DNA from: Octopus sinensis
Lineage: Eukaryota
Length of the DNA: 64,000 nucleotides
Assembly (NCBI RefSeq): GCF_006345805.1
Contig: NC_043022.1
Location: 11,904,001 to 11,968,000, forward strand
Direction of reading: 5' to 3'
In this document: positions 12,801 through 25,400 of the stretch, in pieces
Layout: each line of letters starts with the position of its first letter
Numbering within the stretch: position 1 is the first letter of the stretch
The notes under the pieces: model-generated
Database searches by the model: none
What the model saw: the letters and a program-made list of their open reading frames with translations, nothing else
Told to the model about the DNA's origin: nothing
Translations under genes and position numbers: made by a program

Positions 12801-15177
12801 CAGTACAGGCAAAAGGTTAACCCATTAAGTCCCACTGTCCTATAAATAGGACACTAAATGAGAACATTAAATAAGCTATATCACATTGTCTCAGTGTCCT
12901 ATTTATAGGACACCGAATATTTCCATTTCTATTAAAACTCCTTATTAAAGGAGTTTTAATAATTATTTTTTTCATTTTAACCTATTTTCAATCATCTGTA
13001 AAAATTTAAAAGTAATATTCAGAAATTTAAGTACTCTGGGACTTAATGAGTTAAGAGAGGTAAGGTGAAGATTGAGGGAGATTTAGTTGTTTTTTCTGTT
13101 TGAGAGATCACCTGTGTAAAGGTTCCTCCAAATTTCTTTACTACCCACAAGGGGCTAAACATAGAGGGGACAAACAAGGACAGACAAACGGATTAAGTCG
13201 ATTACATCGAACCCCAGTGCGTAACTGGTACTTAATTTATCGACCCCGAAAGGATGAAAGGCAAAGTCAACCTCGGCGGAATTTGAACTCAGAATGTAAC
13301 AGCAGACGAAATACGGCTACGCATTTCGCCCGGCGTGCTAACGATTCTGCCAGCTGTGCAGGGCTGGCCAACCTGAGGTCTTTGGGGCTGCATGCGGCCT
13401 GCAGACTTTTATCTTGTGGCCCACTTGATACCTACTTGAAATGGGTTTATTTCAACAAACATTTAAAAAAAAATTTTATCAAAAATTAAAGATTTTAACG
13501 AAAAGTCAAAAAAGAAAGATACTACTGTTATTGCAACAATAATATTTCATGTTGAATCAGCGATCATTCATTAAGGATTGTAATAATAGCATGAGAAAGC
13601 AAAATGCTTTCAATTCAGTCAGTATATCATCATCATCATCATCGTTTAACGTCCGTTCTCCATGCTAGCATGGAAAAAGGAAAAAAAAGGCACCTGCCCC
13701 AAAAGTCAGGGTACCCATGGGTTTTTTTAGGGGGGGTTCCATGAGCAGCCCTCAAATGTCTTATCTCTATTGAGGATTACATATTGTTTTGGGGTCTTTT
13801 TTTTTGTTAGTCTTGTTTACATGCAAAACCCTCACAACTACACACATTCACACACATTCTTTGTTTTGTCCTGTGATGTCCATAAAGTTTTTCTTAATGT
13901 TAACCCTTGTGGTTAATAAAGAAATCATTATTCATCATCATCATCATTTAGCGTCCGCTTTCCATGCTAGCATGGATTGGACAGTTCAACTGGGGTCTGG
14001 GAAGCCAGAAGGCTGCACGAGGTCCAGTCTGATTTGGCAATGTTCCTACGGCTGGATGCCCTTCCTAACGCCAACCACTCCATGAGTGTAGTGGGTGCTT
14101 TTTACGTGCCACTCGCACAGGTGCCAGGCGAGGCTGGCAACGGCCACGGTCGGATTGGTGCATTTTACGTTTCTGCAGACCGCATGCAGCCCCACAACCT
14201 CAGGTCGGCCAGCCCTGCACAGGAGGAACCTTTACACAGGTGATCTCTCTAACAGAAAAAAACAACTAAATCTCCCTCAATCTTCGCCTTACCTCTCTTA
14301 ACTCATTTTACGGTATACAAGTGGCCCTCAAAAAACTTTCTGTGATTAAAGTGGCCCGCAATGTAATTCGAGTTGGCCAGGCCTGCTCTTCTGTCAACAC
14401 CGATTTAGGAGTAACTGTTTGCCTTCTATTGTAGCCAGCTGTTTTATGATGGTCATCAAACAATTGCATCCAGCCTTGCTACGACGTCCGATGTTACCCA
14501 GCCTGTCCACCCTCGGACCGTTTGATGAAATTGTTACAGATTGGACTTAAAACTGAAGAAGGTATGTATGTGGGTTTTATGTTTTGTTGGGGACAAAAGT
14601 GTGTGCGTGTGTCACTAGTGTAGCTAGTGTGTGTGCCATCCGGAGCGACCCTTCCATTTGCCACCCCCAGACCCTACGAAAAACAAAAACACATATTGCC
14701 TACAGCAGACCCAAAAGAACCGCCCAGGGCAGATTGCACCCCCACTCCAGCTACGCTAGTGGTGTGTGCATGTGAGAGTATGTGTGTAAAATTTATTTCA
14801 TGCAGTGCCATGACCTTCTGGACACGGCAGTGTGATTAAGAAGCTTTTCGGTTCAGTCCCACTGCACAGCACTTTGGGAAAGTATCTTCTAGCATAATCT
14901 TGGGCCAACCAAAACCTTGTGAGTGGATTTGGCAAATGGAGACTGAAAGAAGCCTGTTTGATGTGCTTTTTCTATTGTTCTTTTGCTTCAATCATTTGAC
15001 TGCGGCTATGCTGGAGCACCGCCTTTTTAGTTAAACAAATCGATCCCCCCCCCCCCGGACTTATTCTGTGTAAGTCTGGTACTTATTCTATTGGTCTCTG
15101 TTGCTAAACCGCTAAGTTACAGGGACATAAACACACCAACACCAGTTGTCAAGCAGTGGTGCGGGGGTACCACAGAG

Positions 15178-15261
<84 letters not shown>

Positions 15262-15395
15262 ATATATATATATATGTATATATGTATATATTATATATAA
15301 TATATATATATGTATATATGTATATATATATGTATATATGTATATATATATATATATAATATGTATATATATATATATATATATTATATATATTA

Positions 15396-15437
<42 letters not shown>

Positions 15438-15613
15438 GTATATATATGTATATATGTATATATATGTATATATGTATAATATATATATATATTATATATA
15501 TATATATGTATATATGTATATATATATTATATGTATATATGTATATATATGTATATATGTATATATATATATTATGTATATATATATATATATGATATAT
15601 ATATATATATGTA

Positions 15614-15656
<43 letters not shown>

Positions 15657-17587
15657 GACAGGCTTCTTTCAGTTTCCATCTACCAAATCCACTCACAAGG
15701 CTTTGGTTGGCCCGAGGCTATAGTAGAAGACACTTGCTCAAGGTGCTATGCAACGGGACTGAACCTGAAACCACACAGCCACGCTCTGCCTATAGTTTTA
15801 TATATTACATTTCAGGAGATTTTTTTCTTCCTCACTTCTTTTCCTTTGGACTTCCTCACATTTCCTGTTTCCGAAGAAGAGCTATGCTCGAAACATAAAA
15901 CAACTACTCTTTTCTTTCTCTGAGCATCTTATTAATACTTTACATGTAATATGTCATCACGTTGTTTTTTTCTTGTTGTCTTTTTCTCCATTTCTTGAAT
16001 TAATCTTTATATATAAAAGTAAGGTTGTGTGTCTGTCTCCTACGATTTAGATTCCTAACTACTCCCACATTTTGCGGTGCAGTTTAACCAAAACCGGGTA
16101 TCTTATAGTCGTGATTCATATCGAGCCCTTCTGGGTATTAGCGCGCGTCTACGATGAGTCTACGATTTAAAAAAAAATTTACCATAATTTTTTTTCCATT
16201 TTAATGCATTTTTTCGCTATTATATAAGGGAAGTAACTCTCTAAAAATGTCTACGATGAGTCAACGATTTAAAAAAAAATTTACCATCATTTTTTTCCCA
16301 TTTTTTTGCTATTTTTTGGCTGTAACTCTCTAAAAATGCTTATATAGTTATTTCCCTTACAAACCCGAGCAACGCTGGACGATACTGCTAGTATATATAT
16401 ATTTGTATGTATGTATGTTTAAATTTTCCATGGTTGTATATCTACTATATGGATTTCCATGTATCATATCTTGAAACTGTGCGGACTAAGATCCCTGTAG
16501 ACAGGCTGCTGATATTCAATAAAGTGTTAAATACTTATTTCCTGCGAATCAGTGGACCCACTTCTCTGTAGCTACTGGATTTCTTGTGTATATAAGTGTA
16601 ATGTCAGAGTGCATGCATGACACAGTGTAAGCATCCTGAGAGAAAAGTTGGGCATAAGAGGTATGAGAGGTGGTGTGCAAGAGAGACGACTGCACTGGTA
16701 TGGTCATGTGGTGCATATGGGGGACTGCTGTGTGAAGAAGAGTCATTGGTGGAGGTAACCTGTAAGAGGTAGATCTAGGAAGACATGGGATAAGGTGGTG
16801 AAGCACAATCTTCGAATGTTGGGCTTCACAGAAGCAATGACAAGCAACCAGGATCTTTGGTAATATGCTGTGATTGAGAAGACCCATCAAGCCAAGTGAG
16901 ATCGTAGTTGTGGCTTATGCTAGTGTCGTGTAACTCATCATCATCATCATCATTTAACGTCCGCTTCCCATGCTAGCATGGGTTGGACGATTTTGACTGA
17001 GGGCTGGCGAACCAGATGGCTGCACCAGGCTCCAATCTTGATCTGGCAGAGTTTCTACAGCTGGATGCCTGGCCTGTTAAAAGCATCCTTCAAATGTTGG
17101 GTGATATGCTGTGCTTGCGAAGACCTGTCGAGTCAAGTGAAATTGTAGTCATGGCTGATGCCAGTGCCACCTGACTGGCACACGTGCTGGTGGCACGTAA
17201 AAAGCACCGTTTGAACGTCGGGTGTCATGGAGACCGAGACCTTTAGTGATATACCATGCTTGTGTAGACTTGTGAAGCCAGGTGAGACTGTAGTCGTGGC
17301 TGATGTCAGTAGCACATAAAAAAAAACACCTACTACACTCCTGGAGTGGTTGGCATTAGGAAGGGGCATTCATAGAAACCTTGTCAAATCAGATCGGAAG
17401 CTGGTGCAGCTCCCAAGCTTACCAGTTTTCAGTCAAAGTGTCCAACCCATGTCAGCATGGAAAATGGACGTTAAGTGAAACTGATTGGCTACATGTTTCT
17501 CTGAGATTGACACCTTACATGTAGTCTATTAACTATTTTATACATGCTAGCCACTGGCAGAAAAATTTCTATAATTTTCCTACCCTG

Positions 17588-17632
<45 letters not shown>

Positions 17633-18459
17633 ATATGGCGCAGGAGTGGCTGTGTGGTAAGTAGCTTGTTTACCAACCACATGGTTCCGGGTTCAGTCCC
17701 ACTGCGTGGCACCTTGGGCAAGTGTCTTCTACTATAGCCTCGGGCCGACCAAAGCCTTGTGAGTGGATCTGGTAGACGGAAACTGAAAGGAGCCCGTCGT
17801 ATATATGTATATATATATATGTATGTGTGTGTGTCTGTGTTTGTCCCCCTAGCATTGCTTGACAACCGATGCTGGTGTATTTATGTCCCCGTCACTTAGC
17901 GGTTCGGCAAAAGAGACCGATAGAATAAGTACTGGGCTTACAAAAGAATAAGTCCCGGTGTTGAGTTGCTCGATTAAAAAGGCGGTGCTCCAGCATGGCC
18001 GCAGTCAAATGACTGAAACAAGTAAAAGAGTAAAGAGAATATATATATATATATATATATCTTTGTTTCAGTCATTGGACTGCAGCCTAGTTGGGGCAAT
18101 GCACTTGAAGAAGTTTTAGTGAAACGCATCAGCCGCAGTACTCATTGATTTTTAAAGCCTTGTACTTTTTCTATCAATCATTTGCCATGTTTGTGCATTT
18201 ACTACGTAGACTATGTGTGTGTTTGTGTGTACCCTTGTCTGGACATCTTTTGATGGTTGTAAACCAGAATCATACGAGTGAAGTTGTTTGTTTCCAGTCT
18301 TCCTCTTCCATGGAAAACATGTCTGGCCACAGGGAAATATTGTCTGGCTCGGAAACAGATACAGGTTAGCTACAGGATGGAATGGCTGCGATAGAAAACC
18401 GGCTTCAATGAACACCATTCAGCTCATGCAAGCATTGGAAAGTGGAGATGATGGCAGTG

Positions 18460-18497
<38 letters not shown>

Positions 18498-19406
18498 GAG
18501 AGAGAGAGAGCAAGAAAAAATTAGTGATATGCTTGTGTGAGAGGGTGAGAGAAAATGAATGCCCTGTGTGAGTGTGTGTGTGTGTGAGGAAGGGAGCTAG
18601 AGGAAATTAATGTTGTGTGTGTATATCATCATAATAAATTTTATGCCTGTTGTTTCATGCTAGCTTGGCTTACACAGATCTGAATCAATACCTATTCAGA
18701 TTTACTGCCCTCCTAGGCTGGTCAGGCTCCACATCCTGCTTCTATGTTCCATTTCAACATGTTTTTCTATAGCTTGATATCTCTTCTATCCCCAGCCACT
18801 TTTTAGAGTGTCCAGGGTGGGTGCATTCTATTGTGGCACCAGCTTTAGAGACTAAAGAGAACTCCCTACTCTATGTTGTCCCTCTTTGTTCACTAGCACC
18901 AGATCTTTTCTTTCACCCCTGGTAGATAGAAGAGAGAGGGATAGCAGAGGACAGGAGAAAATGGGGTGATAGAGAGGAGATTGGCGGAAGGGAGGGAGAG
19001 AGATTGCTGCATGATGGTTGTTGGTAAGGAGATTGAATAGAAATGGCATCAGTGGTGTGATGGGAGGAAGAGTGGTAGAAGAGGGAGAGAGAGAGAGAGA
19101 GAGAGAGATGAATGTCAACAATGAATGGTAGAGGAGGAGGGAGTAATGTGAGAAATACTGGTGTATAACAATGAAGATAAGAGAGTGGGAGTGGCAGATG
19201 TATCTGTTTGTGTGTGTGTGTGTTTGATCAGTGTCCCAGAAGGAAATCCCGTATTTACATTCTTTTTATATTCAGAAAACCTGACAGACTTACAGAACAC
19301 ATACTATATGTAGGTGTGAGTATGGTTGTGTTTGCTGGTTTGTGTAGATATGTATACACTTGTGTGTGTGTATTATGTATATGTGTCCATGTGTGTGTGT
19401 TTGTGC

Positions 19407-19438
<32 letters not shown>

Positions 19439-22400
19439 ATGCATGTATGTATATTTAACATATATATGTATATTTGATATTGGATATTAAGAGCCAGTTA
19501 CAGCTTAATGATAATAATGATAAAGTTGAGAGTGGTTATTCTGGTTGAAGTGGTTGTTAGCGTTGGCTTTCTGCCAAACTGTCTGCTGTCCATTACTGAC
19601 ACTTGAGAAATGTTGGTTTGTAGAACAGTGTCAGCTGAGGAAGTAGATAAGGTACGCTGACCCCCCTCCCATACTAAAGTCAGCTGGTGGCGGTGGTGGT
19701 GGTGGAGGAGCCTCATGTTGTTCAGCTCCCCCCCCCCAGGTCAACCCTTTTCCAACAGGCTTGTGACAATTCTCCTTTAGTGACCGTCCCATCATTGTAT
19801 GGCAGAAACGTTAGCATGCCGGGGCGAAATGCTTAGCGGTATTTCGTCTGTCGTTACGTTACGTTCTGAGTTCAAATTCCGCCGAGGTCGACTTTGACTT
19901 TCATCCTTTCGGGGTCGATAAATTAAGTACCAGTTTCGCACTGGGGGTCGATGTAATCGACTTAATCCGTGTGTCTGTCCTTGTTTGTCCCCTCTATGTT
20001 TAGCCCCTTGTGGGTAGTAAAGAAATATATATTATACATGTGTGTGTGTGTCTGTGTTTGTTCCCCACCACAGCTTGAAAACTGGTGTTAGTATGTTTAT
20101 GTCCCTGTAGCTTAGCCGTTCAGCAAAGCAGACCAATGGACTAAGTACAAGGCTTTGGAAAACAAAAAGTACTTGGGTTGATTCATTCAACTAAAAATTT
20201 TTTAAGGTGGTGCTCCAGTATGGCTGCAGTCTAATGACTAAAACAAGGAAAAGTGTGTGTGTGTGTGTGTGTGTGTGTGAATTTGGTGTGTGTTGCATTC
20301 TATTACTTTTTACTCTTTTACTTGTTTCAGTCATCTGACTGGGGCCATGCTGGAGCACCGCCTTTAGTCAAGCAAATCGACCCCAGGACTTATTCTTTAT
20401 CAGCCTAGTACTTATTCTCTCAGTCTCTTTTTGCCGAACTGCTAAGTTACTGGGATGCAAACACACCAGCATCGGTTGTCAAACGATGGGGGGGGGGGGG
20501 GCAAAGATAGAACACACACACACACACACACATATATACATAGAGCTTCTTTCAGTTTCCATCTACAAAATCCACTCACAAGGCTTTGGTCGGCCCGAGG
20601 CTATAGCAGAAGGCACTTGCCCAAGGCACCACGCAGTGGGACTGAACCCGGAACCATGTGGTTGGTAAGCAAGCAACTTACCACACAGCCATTCTTGTGC
20701 CTATATATATAATGACAGGCTTCTTTCAGTTTCCGTCTACCAAATCCACTCACAAGGCATTGGTCGGCCCGAGGCTATAGCAGAAGACACTTGCCCAAGG
20801 TGCCACACAGTGGGACTGAACCCGGAACCATGTGGTTGGTAAGCAAGCTACTTACCACATATATACACACATATATACGATGGGCTTCTTTCAGTTTCCT
20901 TCTACCAAATCCACTCACAAGGCTTTGGTCGGCCCGAGGCTATAGCAGAAGACACCTGCCCAAGGCGCCACGCAGTGGGACTGAACCCGGAACCATGTGG
21001 TTGGTAGACAAGCTACTTACCACACAGCCATTCTTGTGCCTATATATATAACTAGCAGTATCGCCCGGCATTGCTCAGGTTTGTAAGGGAAATAACTATA
21101 AAGCATTTTTAGAGAGTTATAGCCAAAAAATAGCAAAAAAATGGGGAAAAAAATGATGGTAAATTTTTTTGAGAGTTAAAAAAGGTGGAGTTGCGTCCCC
21201 TAGACGGTCTGTGGTTTGGGTTTCTGATTCTCGACCCCATGTCGAATTTATCGATTTTTTTCAGAACTGGGGGAACTTCTCAAAATTTTCGCTGCGTTAG
21301 TTTTGAATTATGACATTGGGCTATGTGTGTGTCAAGTTTCATCAGAATCGGTTGAAAGCCGTGGTCAGGGTGAGGGTACGAGAAAACAGACACACAGAAA
21401 CACGCACAGACAAACTGCCGTTTATATAGAGAGAGATGACAGGCTTCTTTCAGTTTCCGTCTACCAAATCCACTCACAAGGCTTTGGTCGGCTCGAGGCT
21501 ATAGCAGAAGCCACTTGCCCAAAGCGCCACTGCAGTGGGACTGAACCCGGAACCATGTGGTTGGTTAGCAAGCTACTTACCACACAGTCACTCCTATGAC
21601 TATTAATAAATTTTAAAATGTATGGTAAATAAACAAACGACATAACATATAACAAACGGGAGACAAACAGATTTACAGAGCTTCTCCGTCTCTTCCGTTC
21701 GTCTTTACATTCAGTGTATGTTATGTTAAGTGTTTATTTACCATACATTTTTCATTTACTGTTTGTATATAAGCGTAGGGGTGGCTGTGTGGTAAGTAGC
21801 TTGCTTACCAACCACATGGTTCCGGGTTCAGTCCCACTGCATGGCACATTGGGCAAGTGTCTTCTACTATAGCCTTCAGCCGACCAAAGCCTTGTGAGTG
21901 GATTTGGTAGATGGAAACTGAAAGAAGCTCTTCGTATATATGTGTGTATATATGTGGTAAGTAGCTTGCTTACCAACCACATGGTTCCGGGTTCAGTCCC
22001 ACTGCGTGGCACATTGGGCAAGTGTCTTCTGCTATAGCCTCGGGCCGACCAAAGCCTTGTGAGTGGATTTGGTAGATGGAAACTGAAAGAAGCTCTTCGT
22101 ATATATGTGTGTATATATGTGGTAAGTAGCTTGCTTACCAACCACATGGTTCCGGGTTCAGTCCCACTGCGTGGCACATTGGGCAAGTGTCTTCTGCTAT
22201 AGCCTCGAGCCGACCAAAGCCTTGTGAGTGGATTTGGTAGATGGAAACTGAAAGAAGCTCTTTGTATATATGTGTGTATATATGTGGTAAGTAGCTTGCT
22301 TACCAACCACATGGTTCCGGGTTCAGTCCCACTGCGTGGCACATTGGGCAAGTGTCTTCTGCTATAGCCTCGAGCCGACCAAAGCCTTGTGAGTGGATTT

Positions 22401-25400
22401 GGTAGATGGAAACTGAAAGAAGCTCTTCGTATATATGTGTGTATATATGTGGTAAGTAGCTTGCTTACCAACCACATGGTTCCGGGTTCAGTCCCACTGC
22501 GTGGCACATTGGGCAAGTGTCTTCTGCTATAGCCTCGAGCCGACCAAAGCCTTGTGAGTGGATTTGGCAGATGGAAACTGAAAGAAGCTCTTCGTATATA
22601 TGTGTGTATATATGTGGTAAGTAGCTTGCTTACCAACCACATGTTCCGGGTTCAGTCCCACTGCGTGGCACATTGGGCAAGTGTCTTCTGCTATAGCCTC
22701 GAGCCGACCAAGCCTTGTGAGTGGATTTGGTAGATGGAAACTGAAAGAAGCTCTTCGTATATATGTGTGTATATATGTGGTAAGTAGCTTGCTTACCAAC
22801 CACATGGTTCCGGTTCAGTCCCACTGCGTGACACATTGGGCAAGTGTCTTCTGCTATAGCCTCGAGCCGACCAAAGCCTTGTGAGTGGATTTGGTAGATG
22901 GAAACTGAAAGAAGCTCTTCGTATATATGTGTGTATATATGTGGTAAGTAGCTTGCTTACCAACCACATGGTTCCGGGTTCAGTCCCACTGCGTGGCACA
23001 TTGGGCAAGTGTCTTCTACTATAGCCTCGAGCCGACCAAAGCCTTGTGAGTGGATTTGGTAGATGGAAACTGAAAGAAGCTCTTCGTGTATATGTGTGTA
23101 TATATGTGGTAAGTAGCTTGCTTACCAACCACATGGTTCCGGGTTCAGTCCCACTGCATGGCACATTGGGCAAGTGTCTTCTACTATAGCTTCGAGCCAA
23201 CCAAAGCCTTGTGAGTGGATTTGGTAGGCGGAAACTGAAAGAAGCCCATCGTATATATGTATATGTATATATATGTGTGTGTGTGTATACGTTTGTGTGT
23301 CTGTGTTTGTCTCCCCCAACATCGCTTGACATCCGATGCTGGTGTGTTTACGTCGCCGTAACTTAGCAGTTCAGCAAAAGAGGTTGATAGAATAAGTACT
23401 AGGCTTACAAAGAATAAGTCCTGGGATCGATTCACTCGACTAAAGGCGGTGCTCCAGCATGGCCACAGTCAAATGACTGATGCCAAGCCTTACAAAGGAG
23501 ATGACAAAGGGCTGAGAAGACCTGTACACCACAGCAGAACTGATACAAGTGTTGGTGCCACAGAAAAAGCACCCACTACACTTTGTAATGTGGTTGATGT
23601 TAGGGAGGGCATCTAACCATAGAAATCTACCCTGAACAGATAATGGACCCTTGCGTGACCCCGCTTCCCTCCCAGCCTTGCCAGCTCCTGTCAAACTGTC
23701 CAATCATTTGTCAGCATGGAAAATGGACATTAACCCTTTAGTGTTCAGATTACTCTGTTAAATGTAATATTTTTTTACTCAAATTGTTTTTAATTAATCA
23801 TTCATTATCTTATAGCTTTGGGGTTTCAATGACGTGATTGTTCATTTTTAGAATGTCAATGTAGGTTAGGTGTGAGAGCCCTGATCTGGTCAGTTTAAAC
23901 ATAAAATAGGGAGAAAACTTTGGCTGGATATGGCCAGTTTAAACACTAAAGGGTTAAATGATTATGATGATATCTTGTAGCTTTGAGATTTCAGTAATGT
24001 GATTGTTTATTTTAGAATGACTTTGATGTGAGAAGTCAGATCTGGCCAGTTTGACCATAAAGCAGGTCAAATATTTGGGCTGGACATGGCCAGTTTGAAT
24101 ACTATAGGGTCAGTGTGCTTGTGTGTCTTATAAGCCAGGAAATATGATTTATCAGTGACTGCATTGTGCAATGTGACCCTCCTGTCTTAAGTTACTGGAA
24201 CATAAACAAACCAACACTGGTTGTCAAGTGGTGGTGGGGAACAAACACACATACACACCTCAATCGAAGGAGAGGAGCTTTCTCTGTCCGGGTTGCGGAT
24301 CTGTGGAACAAGCTGCCAGACGAGATGGTGAAGATGCCGACGACCGCTTTGTTCAAAGTCTCCCTTGACCTCAAGTGGCCTGAACTCTTTACATGAACAC
24401 CACCCTGTACTTAACTCCATGTCCCCCTACAAGGCCTTGCTATTTGCTTTTGAGCCAAATTAACTAACTAACTAACTAACTAACATGTGTATATGTGATG
24501 GGCTTCTTTCAATTTCCATCTACCAACTCTACTCACAGGGCTTTGTTTAGCCCAGGTCTGTAGTAGAATAAGGCACTTGCTTAAGGTGCCATGCACTGGC
24601 ACTGAACCCAGAACCATGTGGCTGGAAAGCAAGCTCTTTACCACACAACCACACTTGTACCCATGTGGTATTTTTGGTGGTGAACCAGACATCTACCCTC
24701 TATGTGTGTGTGTGTATCTAGTCGAGCAAGTCTTTTCACCTCTACAACTCTACACACTGGCAGACCTGTCATGAGCAGGATATTCATGAGTCAGCCTAAG
24801 TATGGATTTGTTGTCCCAAGATGAAGGATCTTCAGAAAAGAATGAGTTATTTGTTTTCCCAGTGATGTCGTTTGTTGAGATCCACTTAAAGTCCACTTTG
24901 ACTAGAACAATGAACTCTTCAGCTGTGCTGGAGACCTTTCACTGAGTCAACAGCAGAAAAGGAATGCTGGTGCTGGTGGTGTTGGTGCGGCTATTTCGCA
25001 CCAACATGGGCGGCGAGCTGGCAGAAACGTTAGCACGTCGGGCGAAATGCGTAGCCGTATTTTGTCTGCCGTTACGTTACATTCTGAGTTCAAATTCCGC
25101 CGAGGTCGACTTTGCCTTTCATCCTTTCGGGGTCAATAAATTAAGTACCAGTTGCACACTGGGGTCGATGTAATCGACTTAATCCATTTGTCTGTCCTTG
25201 TTTGTCCCCTCTGTGTTTAGTCCCTTGTGGGTAGTAAAGAAATATATATGGCACCAACATGGAGCAGGGCTAGTATTGAAGTCTTCCACTGGTTCTGAAT
25301 TTTAGCTCTCTTGATAGCTGATCCTCCTCAGATTTGGTCTAGCCCTCCATATAAAAATGATCTTGTTTTCATTACCGTATTTCTGTTGAGATGTTCTGTA

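Noticed and set aside
15112-15723. Ile/Tyr-rich ORFs
   Set aside because: Translations of a (TA)n microsatellite.
21752-22642. 296-aa ORF with 55-aa repeats
   Set aside because: It is the antisense translation of the 165-bp SINE-head array; the same peptide arises from every SINE-A copy.
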